This document shows positions 38,700 through 47,607 of a DNA stretch of 64,000 bases, piece after piece (positions within the stretch are counted from its first letter, which is position 1; each line of letters starts with the position of its first letter). The stretch covers positions 124,001-188,000 of IMG/VR virus record IMGVR_UViG_3300044638_006750, one strand, 5' to 3'. Position numbers and translations under genes: made by a program. The notes below the pieces were generated by a model. It was not told the origin of the DNA. It ran no database searches and worked only from the letters and a program-made list of their open reading frames with translations.

Positions 38700-39356
38700 T
38701 TATTTTGCTATATTTTTAGCAAATAGGCTTAGACCGTTTATAGAGTTCAGTCTAACTGCTTGTAAATCAGCCTTTTTAATGGCATTTGCTTGGTTATCAT
38801 TCCATATATTACCATTACAAATAATATTAATATCTGCAACTTTACGCTTAATCATAACAGATGCAAGGATGTTATCATTAATATCATCTAATAAATATCC
38901 TGTTGACGGCAAAATATTCTTAATACCATATCCATGTAGAATTTGAGCAATTTTATACAATAAATCATATGTGAATATTCTATATTCCAAAAAATACCTG
39001 ACTTCAATGTTCGTATAAGAAGAGCATAGCTCTAAAACATTTTTTACATCATCTCTAAACTTGTCGTATTTTCTGTTGGTTAATGGGCTTGGAGGAGCCA
39101 CAATATCAATAATAGAAGCCCCATTTTTGATGCATTGCTCAATGCACATTAGTCTGGTTTTTAGATCGGATGTACCCATAGGGTAGTCTATGGCAGCAGA
39201 GATTTTGATCCCACTAGGAATAATAGGTTTGACCACCTTTAAGTATGATGGTAAAACAGACAGTACGTCTATGTTGTATTTTATTGCTTCTGTAATATTA
39301 TCTTTATATTCATTATCATTAAGAGCAATATCGTATAAAGAATATTCTAATTTCAT
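38700..39356 (-). CDS. DeoC-like TIM-barrel protein lacking the catalytic lysines
   Basis: IDYPMG, NGASIIDIV, LPSTG (canonical KTSTG), IICNGN (canonical VKASGG). Confidence 0.8.
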   Translation of the reverse strand: MKLEYSLYDIALNDNEYKDNITEAIKYNIDVLSVLPSYLKVVKPIIPSGIKISAAIDYPMGTSDLKTRLMCIEQCIKNGASIIDIVAPPSPLTNRKYDKFRDDVKNVLELCSSYTNIEVRYFLEYRIFTYDLLYKIAQILHGYGIKNILPSTGYLLDDINDNILASVMIKRKVADINIICNGNIWNDNQANAIKKADLQAVRLNSINGLSLFAKNIAK

Positions 39357-40018
39357 TTCTTTTTATTGATTTTGAGACTATCTATTGAAGGATATTGTTT
39401 AGATCCCAAAATACCATCAGCAAAACCATAATATACTGTTTCTTCTGCTGTTAATATCCAGTCGCATTTATTTGCTAATTGTGACACAATATGTTTTTTT
39501 GCCATCATTTTTTTCCAATTTTTTTCTTTTGCAATAACACTAGTTTCCATACACCGGTCAGTGAATATGTCAACCATCTTGTCGGTTTCTCTGTCGTTCC
39601 ACGCAATACTACTTGATGCTGCTTTTGTATGTTCTTCATTAATACTAATAGACCCATAATGAATAAGCATATTTGTATTTGGCATTAATATTCTAGAATG
39701 TGCAGCTTGAAACAACACACTGCTACAAGATTCTACTTTTGCATAGGCTAGTATTATTATCTTGGCTTTAGAAAATCTAATAGCATCATACATACCTAAT
39801 CCATCTTGCCAATCTCCTCCCGGCAGATGCATATGGACTAAAATAGGATCATGAGAGATATGATTAAGTAATCTAAGATTTTTTTCGAATACGACAGAAC
39901 ACTTAAAATCTATTTGCTCATCTGCACTATCCGACAGATAAGAATGAAGAAAAATTTCTCTATTTTTAATATCAATATTAAAATTATGTATCTGATCTAT
40001 ATTTACTAAATCAATCAT
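39353..40018 (-). CDS. ClpP-family serine protease
   Basis: HLPGGD..GMYD, VESCS (Ser), LIHYG (His), CDWILTAEE.VYYGFAD (Asp). Confidence 0.88.
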   Translation of the reverse strand: MIDLVNIDQIHNFNIDIKNREIFLHSYLSDSADEQIDFKCSVVFEKNLRLLNHISHDPILVHMHLPGGDWQDGLGMYDAIRFSKAKIIILAYAKVESCSSVLFQAAHSRILMPNTNMLIHYGSISINEEHTKAASSSIAWNDRETDKMVDIFTDRCMETSVIAKEKNWKKMMAKKHIVSQLANKCDWILTAEETVYYGFADGILGSKQYPSIDSLKINKKK

Positions 40019-40415
40019 AGTATTTATCTATAAATTCATAAACATTGTCATTAATTTGTTTCATAACATCTCTATCTGTAAAAATTTTACCGATACCAAT
40101 TCTAAATCTATATCTAGTAATAATATCTAAAACCTCTACCCCGTCAGATTGCTCAATTACACCAGCAACATCTTTGGTAAGATTAAAGTTAGTGTGACCA
40201 ATCCAAAAATTAAAAATTTCACTCATATTCAAATCCTGCAAAGGCATTATCCCAATTGGCGTGATAATAGCTTTGGTAGGTATCATATGATGATTAGGTA
40301 ATATTTGTTCTTCGTCCAAATTATTTATATCGTCGATATCTTCTTCTGGAAGAGGCTCTTCTTTCTCAAATGGGTCAATCCATTTTTCCCAAACAATTAG
40401 ATTATTTCTAGACAT
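40011..40415 (-). CDS. Hypothetical protein
   Basis: 134 aa; FNFWIGHTNF..GVE.L.I.TRYRFRIG. Confidence 0.7.
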   Translation of the reverse strand: MSRNNLIVWEKWIDPFEKEEPLPEEDIDDINNLDEEQILPNHHMIPTKAIITPIGIMPLQDLNMSEIFNFWIGHTNFNLTKDVAGVIEQSDGVEVLDIITRYRFRIGIGKIFTDRDVMKQINDNVYEFIDKYYD

Positions 40416-40478
40416 AAGGATCTCCTGTTCTTAATAGTAGAGATCTGGGCTACTAAGTTAAGGTACACCGTGAACTTA

Positions 40479-40916
40479 TCAAGACCTTCTGAAAACCCTG
40501 CTAGGTCTTACTAATGGCTGATTAGAATTTCTGATTTCTTTTTTATGGTTGTCAATATGAAAAGCCGACCAAAAAGAGATAATATTGTTAACAAATAATA
40601 CGGTCTTTGGATCATCAACGTCTGAACTGCTGAGTAAAATATCGGCTATTTTTTGAGCATAAACACCATCCGTGATATTGCTTAATAATCTTCCATAGTT
40701 TTCAGCATTTTCTATCAATTCACCATCATTCATTTTTTCTATATCAGGAAAATAACACTGTATTCTTATATCTCTATTATCTATAATATCAAAAATAATA
40801 GATCCAGTAAGATTATCTTTACTATTTTGCGTAACTAACTTATCTTTGGATTTTGTAAATAAGTTTTTGATAGCTTTGTAAATTTTGGATTTCTTTAATA
40901 TCGATAGTATATCCAT
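40479..40916 (-). CDS. Hypothetical protein
   Basis: 145-aa ORF. Confidence 0.6.
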   Translation of the reverse strand: MDILSILKKSKIYKAIKNLFTKSKDKLVTQNSKDNLTGSIIFDIIDNRDIRIQCYFPDIEKMNDGELIENAENYGRLLSNITDGVYAQKIADILLSSSDVDDPKTVLFVNNIISFWSAFHIDNHKKEIRNSNQPLVRPSRVFRRS

Positions 40917-41202
40917 TTTGTAATGATATTCCTCTTGGTAGAAAAGTATAGTAGTATATATTTATACTATCATCACTACTATTATATTGAACATCATATA
41001 GTATACGAGAGGGCTCAAAATTCAAAGCGCCCAAATGGTATTCTATAATGGAATTCAATACATTGTCTATAGATCCGAACTTATCTTGCAGGGTAATAGA
41101 TGGGATTGTTACCCCCTCACCCGGAGAAGAAATAACATTATATGTCGGCCCGCTATCATCCATAGCGGGTATAAGCATCAGCAAGACAACATTAGCCTGC
41201 AT
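40840..41202 (-). CDS. Hypothetical protein
   Basis: 120-aa ORF. Confidence 0.55.
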   Translation of the reverse strand: MQANVVLLMLIPAMDDSGPTYNVISSPGEGVTIPSITLQDKFGSIDNVLNSIIEYHLGALNFEPSRILYDVQYNSSDDSINIYYYTFLPRGISLQNGYTIDIKEIQNLQSYQKLIYKIQR

Positions 41203-41782
41203 TAATTAAATCCCCTATCGACTTCAATCCCTTTTTAATATTTTGTCGTACAGCCTCTCTGGTTGTTCCGTATTTTGATCCTATCTCGGAAAGAGTCTGG
41301 TTATGAAAGTAATATAACTTAATTTGTTCTTTCTGCTTATCTGTTAAAATATTACTATCAAATAAATCTTTTACTAACTTTTGTCTGTTAGATTCAGATT
41401 CCATCATCATAACAATTTCTGATGGATCAACATCTCTACTATCTTCTATCTGATCATCAAAAGCTATATCATCATTAGATCTAGTTCTATTAATAGAAAC
41501 CGATCTGGTATTTTTCTTATATTTATTGGTAATATATGTTTTTAAGGCCCAAATAACACACTGGTTTCTGTAAGAATAAAGAGTTTTCTTTTTACCAGTA
41601 TCCTTACCAGTTCTATTTTCATCCCATTTCCAGTCTGCTGTTATGATAGCGTTTACTATTTCTCCAAATGCCTCATCATTACTTATAATTTCCATCGCTA
41701 ATGATGGATAAAATTTTGGAGCTAGTTTTCTAACAGCTTTTTGTGCAATTGTTCTATACGTATTTAGCGTTTGGTATTCCAT
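41192..41782 (-). CDS. Phage RNA polymerase sigma factor (sigma70-family regions 2 and 4)
   Basis: LYSYRNQCVIWAL (region 2-like); LTDKQKEQIKLYY..TLSEIG..YGTTREAVRQ (region 4 HTH). Confidence 0.82.
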   Translation of the reverse strand: MEYQTLNTYRTIAQKAVRKLAPKFYPSLAMEIISNDEAFGEIVNAIITADWKWDENRTGKDTGKKKTLYSYRNQCVIWALKTYITNKYKKNTRSVSINRTRSNDDIAFDDQIEDSRDVDPSEIVMMMESESNRQKLVKDLFDSNILTDKQKEQIKLYYFHNQTLSEIGSKYGTTREAVRQNIKKGLKSIGDLINAG

Positions 41783-41832
41783 TTGTGTCCTTTGAATATA
41801 AAAGTCCTAGTAAATTATCTATCGGCAATCGT

Positions 41833-42528
41833 CTATTTCTTATTGTCTTTTGTCAGCTTGTTCCATTGTTCAGGGTCCGGTCTATCTTTATCTCCCGGTT
41901 TGGCCGGTCGATATTTTTTACCCTCCCTTTCTTTTTTCTTTCTGATATTGTCCCAAAGACCCGGTTTTGATGAACCAGCATCAGAACTATCATCGTCTTC
42001 GTACTCCGAAAACATTACAAAATCTCTGATGGATCGTAATTGATCCTCTATAACAGCAATTTTACCGAGAACCCACGCTTCTGTCAAGTTATCTATTACC
42101 TTGGGGTCATCGGAAGAATTATAAATATTTTTGGCATGGATAGAAATGGTTTTAAGTGCTGTTAGAGCCATGCTTAAAAATTCATTGCCAACAATTGCTT
42201 CATCTTCTTCTTCTGCTATAAGTGGAAGATTATTGTATTGTGTATTTCTAGAATCCTCATTAGAGAAATCAGAAGCCAATACCATATGTTTCATTTCTTT
42301 TTTTAGAACCTGTCCTGCGGTCCAATTTGGTCCAGCATTTGTGGTTTTATATGCCACAACCAAACCCATTGGTTCTGTGAAGGTGTCGATACCTTCTACA
42401 ACACCTATGCTATGGTAATACTTACACTCTTTGTCGTTATTCATAACCATATTGCCAACTGTGATTTTTTCATTACTTTTAGATAGTTCTTGTTGAATAT
42501 CTGTTAAAATATTTTTAAGTCTTTTCAT
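41833..42528 (-). CDS. Hypothetical (putative head-associated) protein
   Basis: C-terminal PGLWDNIRKKK..KPGDKDRP basic motif. Confidence 0.6.
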   Translation of the reverse strand: MKRLKNILTDIQQELSKSNEKITVGNMVMNNDKECKYYHSIGVVEGIDTFTEPMGLVVAYKTTNAGPNWTAGQVLKKEMKHMVLASDFSNEDSRNTQYNNLPLIAEEEDEAIVGNEFLSMALTALKTISIHAKNIYNSSDDPKVIDNLTEAWVLGKIAVIEDQLRSIRDFVMFSEYEDDDSSDAGSSKPGLWDNIRKKKEREGKKYRPAKPGDKDRPDPEQWNKLTKDNKK

Positions 42529-42533
42529 TGAAT

Positions 42534-42950
42534 TTAATCCTTAAGTGGACCGTTTGTAAGCCATGCATCACAAGTTCTACTACCAGCACATTTAAAATCA
42601 AATAATTCACAATATCCAAGATTAGATAAATCAACTATTGCTCCCGCTTCATTGAGATCTTCTTCACAAATACCCATTTCTATACATTTCATAATTTTTT
42701 CTTTAACAATGAAAGCAGCACAATTTGAACATAACATTGTTTTGGCTTCGTCTACAGTGGTCTTGAATAAGTCGGCTTTCTTTTGCCAAAACTCTGGATT
42801 ATCTAAATTCGGATTAGCAGGTCCATAGTTTGCCTTTTCAACACAAATTTTTCTGTTAGCTAAATTTAAGCTAATGTCCTGTGTCGCAGGTGGGCACTCC
42901 ATTTTTGCCTGAACAGAATTGAGAATTTCATTAACTCTAGAGTCTTTCAT
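42534..42950 (-). CDS. Cys-rich hypothetical phage protein
   Basis: CPPATQD..NYGPANP..CSNC..GYC..FKC..RTCDAW. Confidence 0.65.
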   Translation of the reverse strand: MKDSRVNEILNSVQAKMECPPATQDISLNLANRKICVEKANYGPANPNLDNPEFWQKKADLFKTTVDEAKTMLCSNCAAFIVKEKIMKCIEMGICEEDLNEAGAIVDLSNLGYCELFDFKCAGSRTCDAWLTNGPLKD

Positions 42951-42951
42951 G

Positions 42952-43554
42952 TTAAACCTGTATCGATAAGAAGTTGTCTAGACCCATTTGTTCAATTAGT
43001 TTTAGATAGCTTTCATAAAGTTCAATACCGTCTTCACTACCCTGAAGTAATGGGATCATCATATTAGCAGTAAGTTCATCCCCTACTGCCCTTGCCGCAA
43101 CAATTGTGGCACGTTCAGCAACAGCGGCTTCTTTTACCGAAGCTAAATTATAATTAATCATTGATACCATATCATGTCGTGTCCATGCTGGAGGAGATAC
43201 TGTTAATGGTTGATAGTCTTGATCAAAAAACTCTAATCTAGCTATATTAGCCATAGCATGTTGATGTTCTTGTACAGCGTCAGCCTTGATTACTTCCGCC
43301 AGTTTTTTATATCCCCATCTCTCTAAATGAACTGCTTGAGCACTTAATACTGTTGTTTGTTGCCAGTGAATATTAAGAGATTTTTTTAATAGATCAATAA
43401 CAGTTTCAGAGGAATGTGTTTCTACTTGTTGTGATTCTGTATTATCTGATACTATTTCTGGCTGTGGTTCTTGTTCTGGTTCTGGTTTTTGTTCTTCTGT
43501 ATTGGTTGCTTTTGCCACATCTTGTTCTTCAATTAGTTCATCTATTGATTTCAT
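42952..43554 (-). CDS. Bacterioferritin-like protein with a degenerate ferroxidase centre and acidic N-terminal extension
   Basis: Near-gapless manual alignment to E. coli Bfr (WGYKKL, E-H-Q-H, MGLDNFLSIQV). Confidence 0.82.
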   Translation of the reverse strand: MKSIDELIEEQDVAKATNTEEQKPEPEQEPQPEIVSDNTESQQVETHSSETVIDLLKKSLNIHWQQTTVLSAQAVHLERWGYKKLAEVIKADAVQEHQHAMANIARLEFFDQDYQPLTVSPPAWTRHDMVSMINYNLASVKEAAVAERATIVAARAVGDELTANMMIPLLQGSEDGIELYESYLKLIEQMGLDNFLSIQV

Positions 43555-43578
43555 CGTATAATTTCCTGTTGAATTAGT

Positions 43579-44136
43579 TTACCATGCTTTACAAGACCAA
43601 TATCTTGCTTTCCATTTTGGACCAGGATTATCACAATTGTGTCTAGCCCTAAAACTTTTACGTCTTTCTGGAATATTTTTTTTGATTTTCATGTTAGGGT
43701 CGCCAAAATTAACTTTGACAACATTACCTTTTTCATTTTTGACATAAACACTAAATTTTTTAGGACCACCCGGTGTTCTAAATGGTTTATTAAGTGTTAC
43801 TTTTCTTCCTTGGTATTCTGATGCTACTATATGAGAAATATCATAATCTTCTATCTCTTCGCCTGCATCAATATAGTCTTCATCTTTGGGAATAATTAAA
43901 TTGGATATGCTCAATTCTTCTACGCTACCACATTCTTCACAATCGAATTCTGACATAAAACCCAATATGGCAGCAACATTGTCTAAAAGGCTATTTTTTG
44001 ATTTTTTAGTTTGTCCTAGACAAATAGCTACTCGTTGTTTAGCGTCAGGATAGTCTTTTTTCATAATTTCGCTACTCATGCAACGAGAAACAAATTTTTG
44101 ACTATCTTCATTTGGTTTTTTTTCTGGGATTGGCAT
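43579..44136 (-). CDS. Hypothetical phage protein (DUF6321-like C-terminus, recalled from T4-like phages)
   Basis: LNKPFRTPGGPKKF.VYVKN..V.FGDPNM..RRKSFRARH.C..YWSCKAW. Confidence 0.6.
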   Translation of the reverse strand: MPIPEKKPNEDSQKFVSRCMSSEIMKKDYPDAKQRVAICLGQTKKSKNSLLDNVAAILGFMSEFDCEECGSVEELSISNLIIPKDEDYIDAGEEIEDYDISHIVASEYQGRKVTLNKPFRTPGGPKKFSVYVKNEKGNVVKVNFGDPNMKIKKNIPERRKSFRARHNCDNPGPKWKARYWSCKAW

Positions 44137-44155
44137 ATAGTGTCTCCTACATTAG

Positions 44156-45241
44156 TTATACACAATTTATGATCTTGTCGGCAGAGTTATCCCATGAAAG
44201 CCTTTGGGCCGTATCTAGACCATTTGGATTTGTTTTAATATTATTCTTATATACATATCTTAAATGATCAATAATTTGATCTATTTGAGACTGTCCCAGT
44301 TTAGCCCAATTACCTTGTCCTCTAAAATATTTACCATCATATGCTGGCTCTGTCTCATTAATATCGACCATAAAACAATTGTCACTGGTGCAAAACTCTG
44401 TGTGTGCAGAGTAGTTGCTAGCTATAGCAGGTTTATTCATCGCCATTGTTTCTAGCAATTCAAGATTCCACCCTTCGGCTCTTGATATATAAACACCACA
44501 ATCTATATATGCTAATAATTTGGCAACGTCATTGTGCGTTTGTAGTTGCGGAAACACTTTAACTTTATCCTTTAGTTTACTATTTTGATACATTGTTTCC
44601 CATTGAACCTTTTCTTCTGGGAGGATATATCCATTATCGGAGGAGGCATTAATCCATAATTCAAAGTTTTCATTATTGGGAAATGCTTTCTCAAAAATAT
44701 TTAAAAGTATATCATGACATTTTCTAATCTCCCACTTACCAATAACAGAGAATATATATTTGTCTGGTTTATTTGTAATTTTATTAACTAGCGTATGATC
44801 GAATATGGAAGTATCAACACCCAATGGAACAACCGTTATAGGTGTTTTGATGCTATATTTATTCACTAATATATCTTTAGCCCAATGACTAGCAACATAT
44901 ACATGATCACAGCAACGGAAATTATGTTGTTCAATATTTGTTATTGTATCTAATTCAAAAAATGGGAAAACCCTATATTCGCCAGATCCTATGCGAGAAG
45001 CTAAATCCCAAGCGTGCCATATCTTGAGAGATACAGCTTTGTGATTATAACTATTTCTATTTTCTAGAGCTTGTTCTATAAGAGGTATTTTGTTCTGATT
45101 TATAGCTATGGGTTGGCCAATAGGAAATAGTGAAGTTTTTACACCCCGCTCCATAAGAGCCACTAGTATATTACAGCCAGCCACCCCATATCCTGTGTAA
45201 GTTACGGGTGCTTGTAGATTTATTTCTGATAATTTGCTCAC
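44156..45241 (-). CDS. GT4 glycosyltransferase
   Basis: TGYG, VPLGVD, GKWEIRK, SRAEGWNLELLETMAMNKPAI. Confidence 0.88.
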   Translation of the reverse strand: MSKLSEINLQAPVTYTGYGVAGCNILVALMERGVKTSLFPIGQPIAINQNKIPLIEQALENRNSYNHKAVSLKIWHAWDLASRIGSGEYRVFPFFELDTITNIEQHNFRCCDHVYVASHWAKDILVNKYSIKTPITVVPLGVDTSIFDHTLVNKITNKPDKYIFSVIGKWEIRKCHDILLNIFEKAFPNNENFELWINASSDNGYILPEEKVQWETMYQNSKLKDKVKVFPQLQTHNDVAKLLAYIDCGVYISRAEGWNLELLETMAMNKPAIASNYSAHTEFCTSDNCFMVDINETEPAYDGKYFRGQGNWAKLGQSQIDQIIDHLRYVYKNNIKTNPNGLDTAQRLSWDNSADKIINCV

Positions 45242-45244
45242 TAG

Positions 45245-46345
45245 TTAGACTCCGAAAATAGGGTTTTTATTAGAATGAATTTGATTAACTCTACAAAACT
45301 GTCCACATTTGATCATATGCTTAATATGTGAGGCGCCAATATAACAGCAGCAAGACCTAATACCTCCTAGTAATTCTTGCACAACTTTATCTAGAGATCC
45401 CCTGTAAGGTATAGTAATTTTTGTCCCCTCTGAGGCTCTATAGCTTTTTTTGCCGTCTTCGAAAATATCTTGTGAATGATGAGTACTCATTCCATAGTAT
45501 GTGAATCTTCCCTTGCTTTTTTCATCTGTACCAATTACTTTAGAGTAATCTCCACCAAATTCCCATTCTCCCTCACAAGGTTCAGTACCAGCAAAATACC
45601 CACCAAGCATCACAAAATCACTTCCTGCACACAATGCTTTACACACATCTCCTACTGTTTTATGTCCACCATCAGAACAGATCAACCCCAATTTTTTAGG
45701 GCCATTTTGAAGACCATGAGCAACATATGAATTTTCTAAAACACAAGATAGTTGCGGTATTCCGCATCCAGTTAAAAATCTGGTAGTACAAGCACTGCCA
45801 CCGCCTATACCCGCTTTAACTATGTCTATACCACCATATATTAAAAGTTCTTGCGTTGATGAAGTATTTGTAACATTACCTGCCATAATAATACTATCAG
45901 GAAAACTTTCTCTAACTTTATGACAATATTTAACAAATGCATCCATATGTCCATTTGGAACATCGATACAAATATTTGGTTGTTTGTGTAATAAATTTTT
46001 TAAGTCTAGCAGATAGTTAAGATCGCTTTTTTTATATCCTATCGAAACAAAAGTATAATCAATATTTTGAGGATAATTTGTAAAATAATCTAGTAGTTGC
46101 TGGATTGTGTGATACTTATGTAAACAAGCTATCATTTTATGATTAGCTAGTTGTTTGGCCATTTCAAAAGAACAAAAACTCATATTGGCACACATTATAG
46201 GTATGCCCGTCCAATGTCTAGGACTATGATAAAATTGAAAAGTTCTTTCTAGATTAATATCTGATCTACTAGTTAAAGTTGATCTTTGAGGAACAATAAG
46301 AACATCATCAAAATCTAACTTTGTTTCATTAATAATTTTTTGCAT
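45245..46345 (-). CDS. guaC: GMP reductase
   Basis: LDFDDVLI.P.RSTL.SR, W.GIPIM.ANM, CIDVPNG, GIGGGSACTTR, SDGG, YYGMS, RASEG, LGGIRS. Confidence 0.93.
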   Translation of the reverse strand: MQKIINETKLDFDDVLIVPQRSTLTSRSDINLERTFQFYHSPRHWTGIPIMCANMSFCSFEMAKQLANHKMIACLHKYHTIQQLLDYFTNYPQNIDYTFVSIGYKKSDLNYLLDLKNLLHKQPNICIDVPNGHMDAFVKYCHKVRESFPDSIIMAGNVTNTSSTQELLIYGGIDIVKAGIGGGSACTTRFLTGCGIPQLSCVLENSYVAHGLQNGPKKLGLICSDGGHKTVGDVCKALCAGSDFVMLGGYFAGTEPCEGEWEFGGDYSKVIGTDEKSKGRFTYYGMSTHHSQDIFEDGKKSYRASEGTKITIPYRGSLDKVVQELLGGIRSCCCYIGASHIKHMIKCGQFCRVNQIHSNKNPIFGV

Positions 46346-46348
46346 GTT

Positions 46349-46879
46349 TTATACCGAAAAGAAATACCACCTTTTGTGTGTATCAATATTCTCTGAATTA
46401 TCTATATGAGACAGATAGTTTTTAAGTTCGTCCCAATTAGAAAATATCATTTGGTGAGGTATAGTACCAAATAGCCAGTCCGGCGTTTGATTCTTACCTT
46501 GTTCCATATGTACTATTATGGGTTTTTTTTGTCTATTTGCCCAAAAAATTTCTTCGTATGTTCCACATGGATGAATATCTAAGTTTAGATTAACAATTAG
46601 AAAATCACTAATGTCTACTAATCTCAGATCTACACGACGTATAACCTTCATCATTTCTGCTAGTTCGTCGTATCTTTCAGACGCCTTTAGCTTTGTTTTT
46701 ATAATATGAGAATCATTGTCTTCCATACCTGTTGTAGTCGGCTTTGTTATAGGGTTGAATACTACAACACCCTTTTGTTCTAAAAATGGAGTTATATTAT
46801 CTCTCCATGTCATACCTCTGTCTGGAACTCTATCCATAGCACCAGCGAGATATACTCTTTGATTCTTTAGTCTATTCAT
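46349..46879 (-). CDS. Nucleoside 2-deoxyribosyltransferase / dNMP N-glycosidase-like protein
   Basis: VYLAGAM, FNP, DLRLVDISD, GTYEE. Confidence 0.82.
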   Translation of the reverse strand: MNRLKNQRVYLAGAMDRVPDRGMTWRDNITPFLEQKGVVVFNPITKPTTTGMEDNDSHIIKTKLKASERYDELAEMMKVIRRVDLRLVDISDFLIVNLNLDIHPCGTYEEIFWANRQKKPIIVHMEQGKNQTPDWLFGTIPHQMIFSNWDELKNYLSHIDNSENIDTHKRWYFFSV

Positions 46880-46932
46880 AGAAACACATTAATAAAAAAA
46901 GCACAAGAAGAAAAAGTAACATACAACATTAT

Positions 46933-47607
46933 TTATAGGTTAGACCAATCACCATTTAGTTTAGACCATTTGATATGCATAAGCGTTTCTGAGACACCAA
47001 AATAATATGGATTAATCAATCCTCTAAGTTTATTAGATTTAATTGTACTTGAAGCATTGTTGTGATGCTTACATAGTATACCGGGTGTTTTCTGAATAGT
47101 CCAGCCGTTTTTTCTTACACGCTTCATATAATCTATGTCTAAATGATAAAACGGACAACACAACCAGTCCCATTCTCCAACATCGCTTAGCATCTCTGTT
47201 TTGTATGCACAAAACAAATCTTCATTTTCATTGGCGTCCTGATGAACCCATCCTATTTTTTTAGAGGTGTCACTAAATGATAACTTAGCGGCTTCTAGCA
47301 GTATATTGTCCCCATTTTCTGTCATAACCTCGCAATCGTTGTGCATAAAGGTTATGAAGTCTGTATTTTCATTAATAGCAATAAACCTCATCCAATTATA
47401 GGTTTGAGCTGTGGTCAATGGTACTGGAGGTCTAATCAGCATGAATCCAAACTCAATATTTTGTCCAATATACTCAGCTAATGAACCATCATCACTATTG
47501 TCTATTAGTAGTGTATTAGGCCATAAATTAGGGACGCTTTTTAAAGCGGATAGGGTTAAATCTGGTCTGTTAACATGCGGAATAAAATGAATAAATTTCA
47601 TAATCAA
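46933..47607 (-). CDS. GT-A (GT2-like) glycosyltransferase
   Basis: LLIDNS, FMHNDC, YHLDID. Confidence 0.65.
   Translation of the reverse strand: MIMKFIHFIPHVNRPDLTLSALKSVPNLWPNTLLIDNSDDGSLAEYIGQNIEFGFMLIRPPVPLTTAQTYNWMRFIAINENTDFITFMHNDCEVMTENGDNILLEAAKLSFSDTSKKIGWVHQDANENEDLFCAYKTEMLSDVGEWDWLCCPFYHLDIDYMKRVRKNGWTIQKTPGILCKHHNNASSTIKSNKLRGLINPYYFGVSETLMHIKWSKLNGDWSNL

Noticed and set aside
42952-43554. Ferritin-fold protein as the RNR beta subunit
   Set aside because: It aligns with bacterioferritin, lacks the diiron ligands, and is 11 kb from a class II-type RNR.
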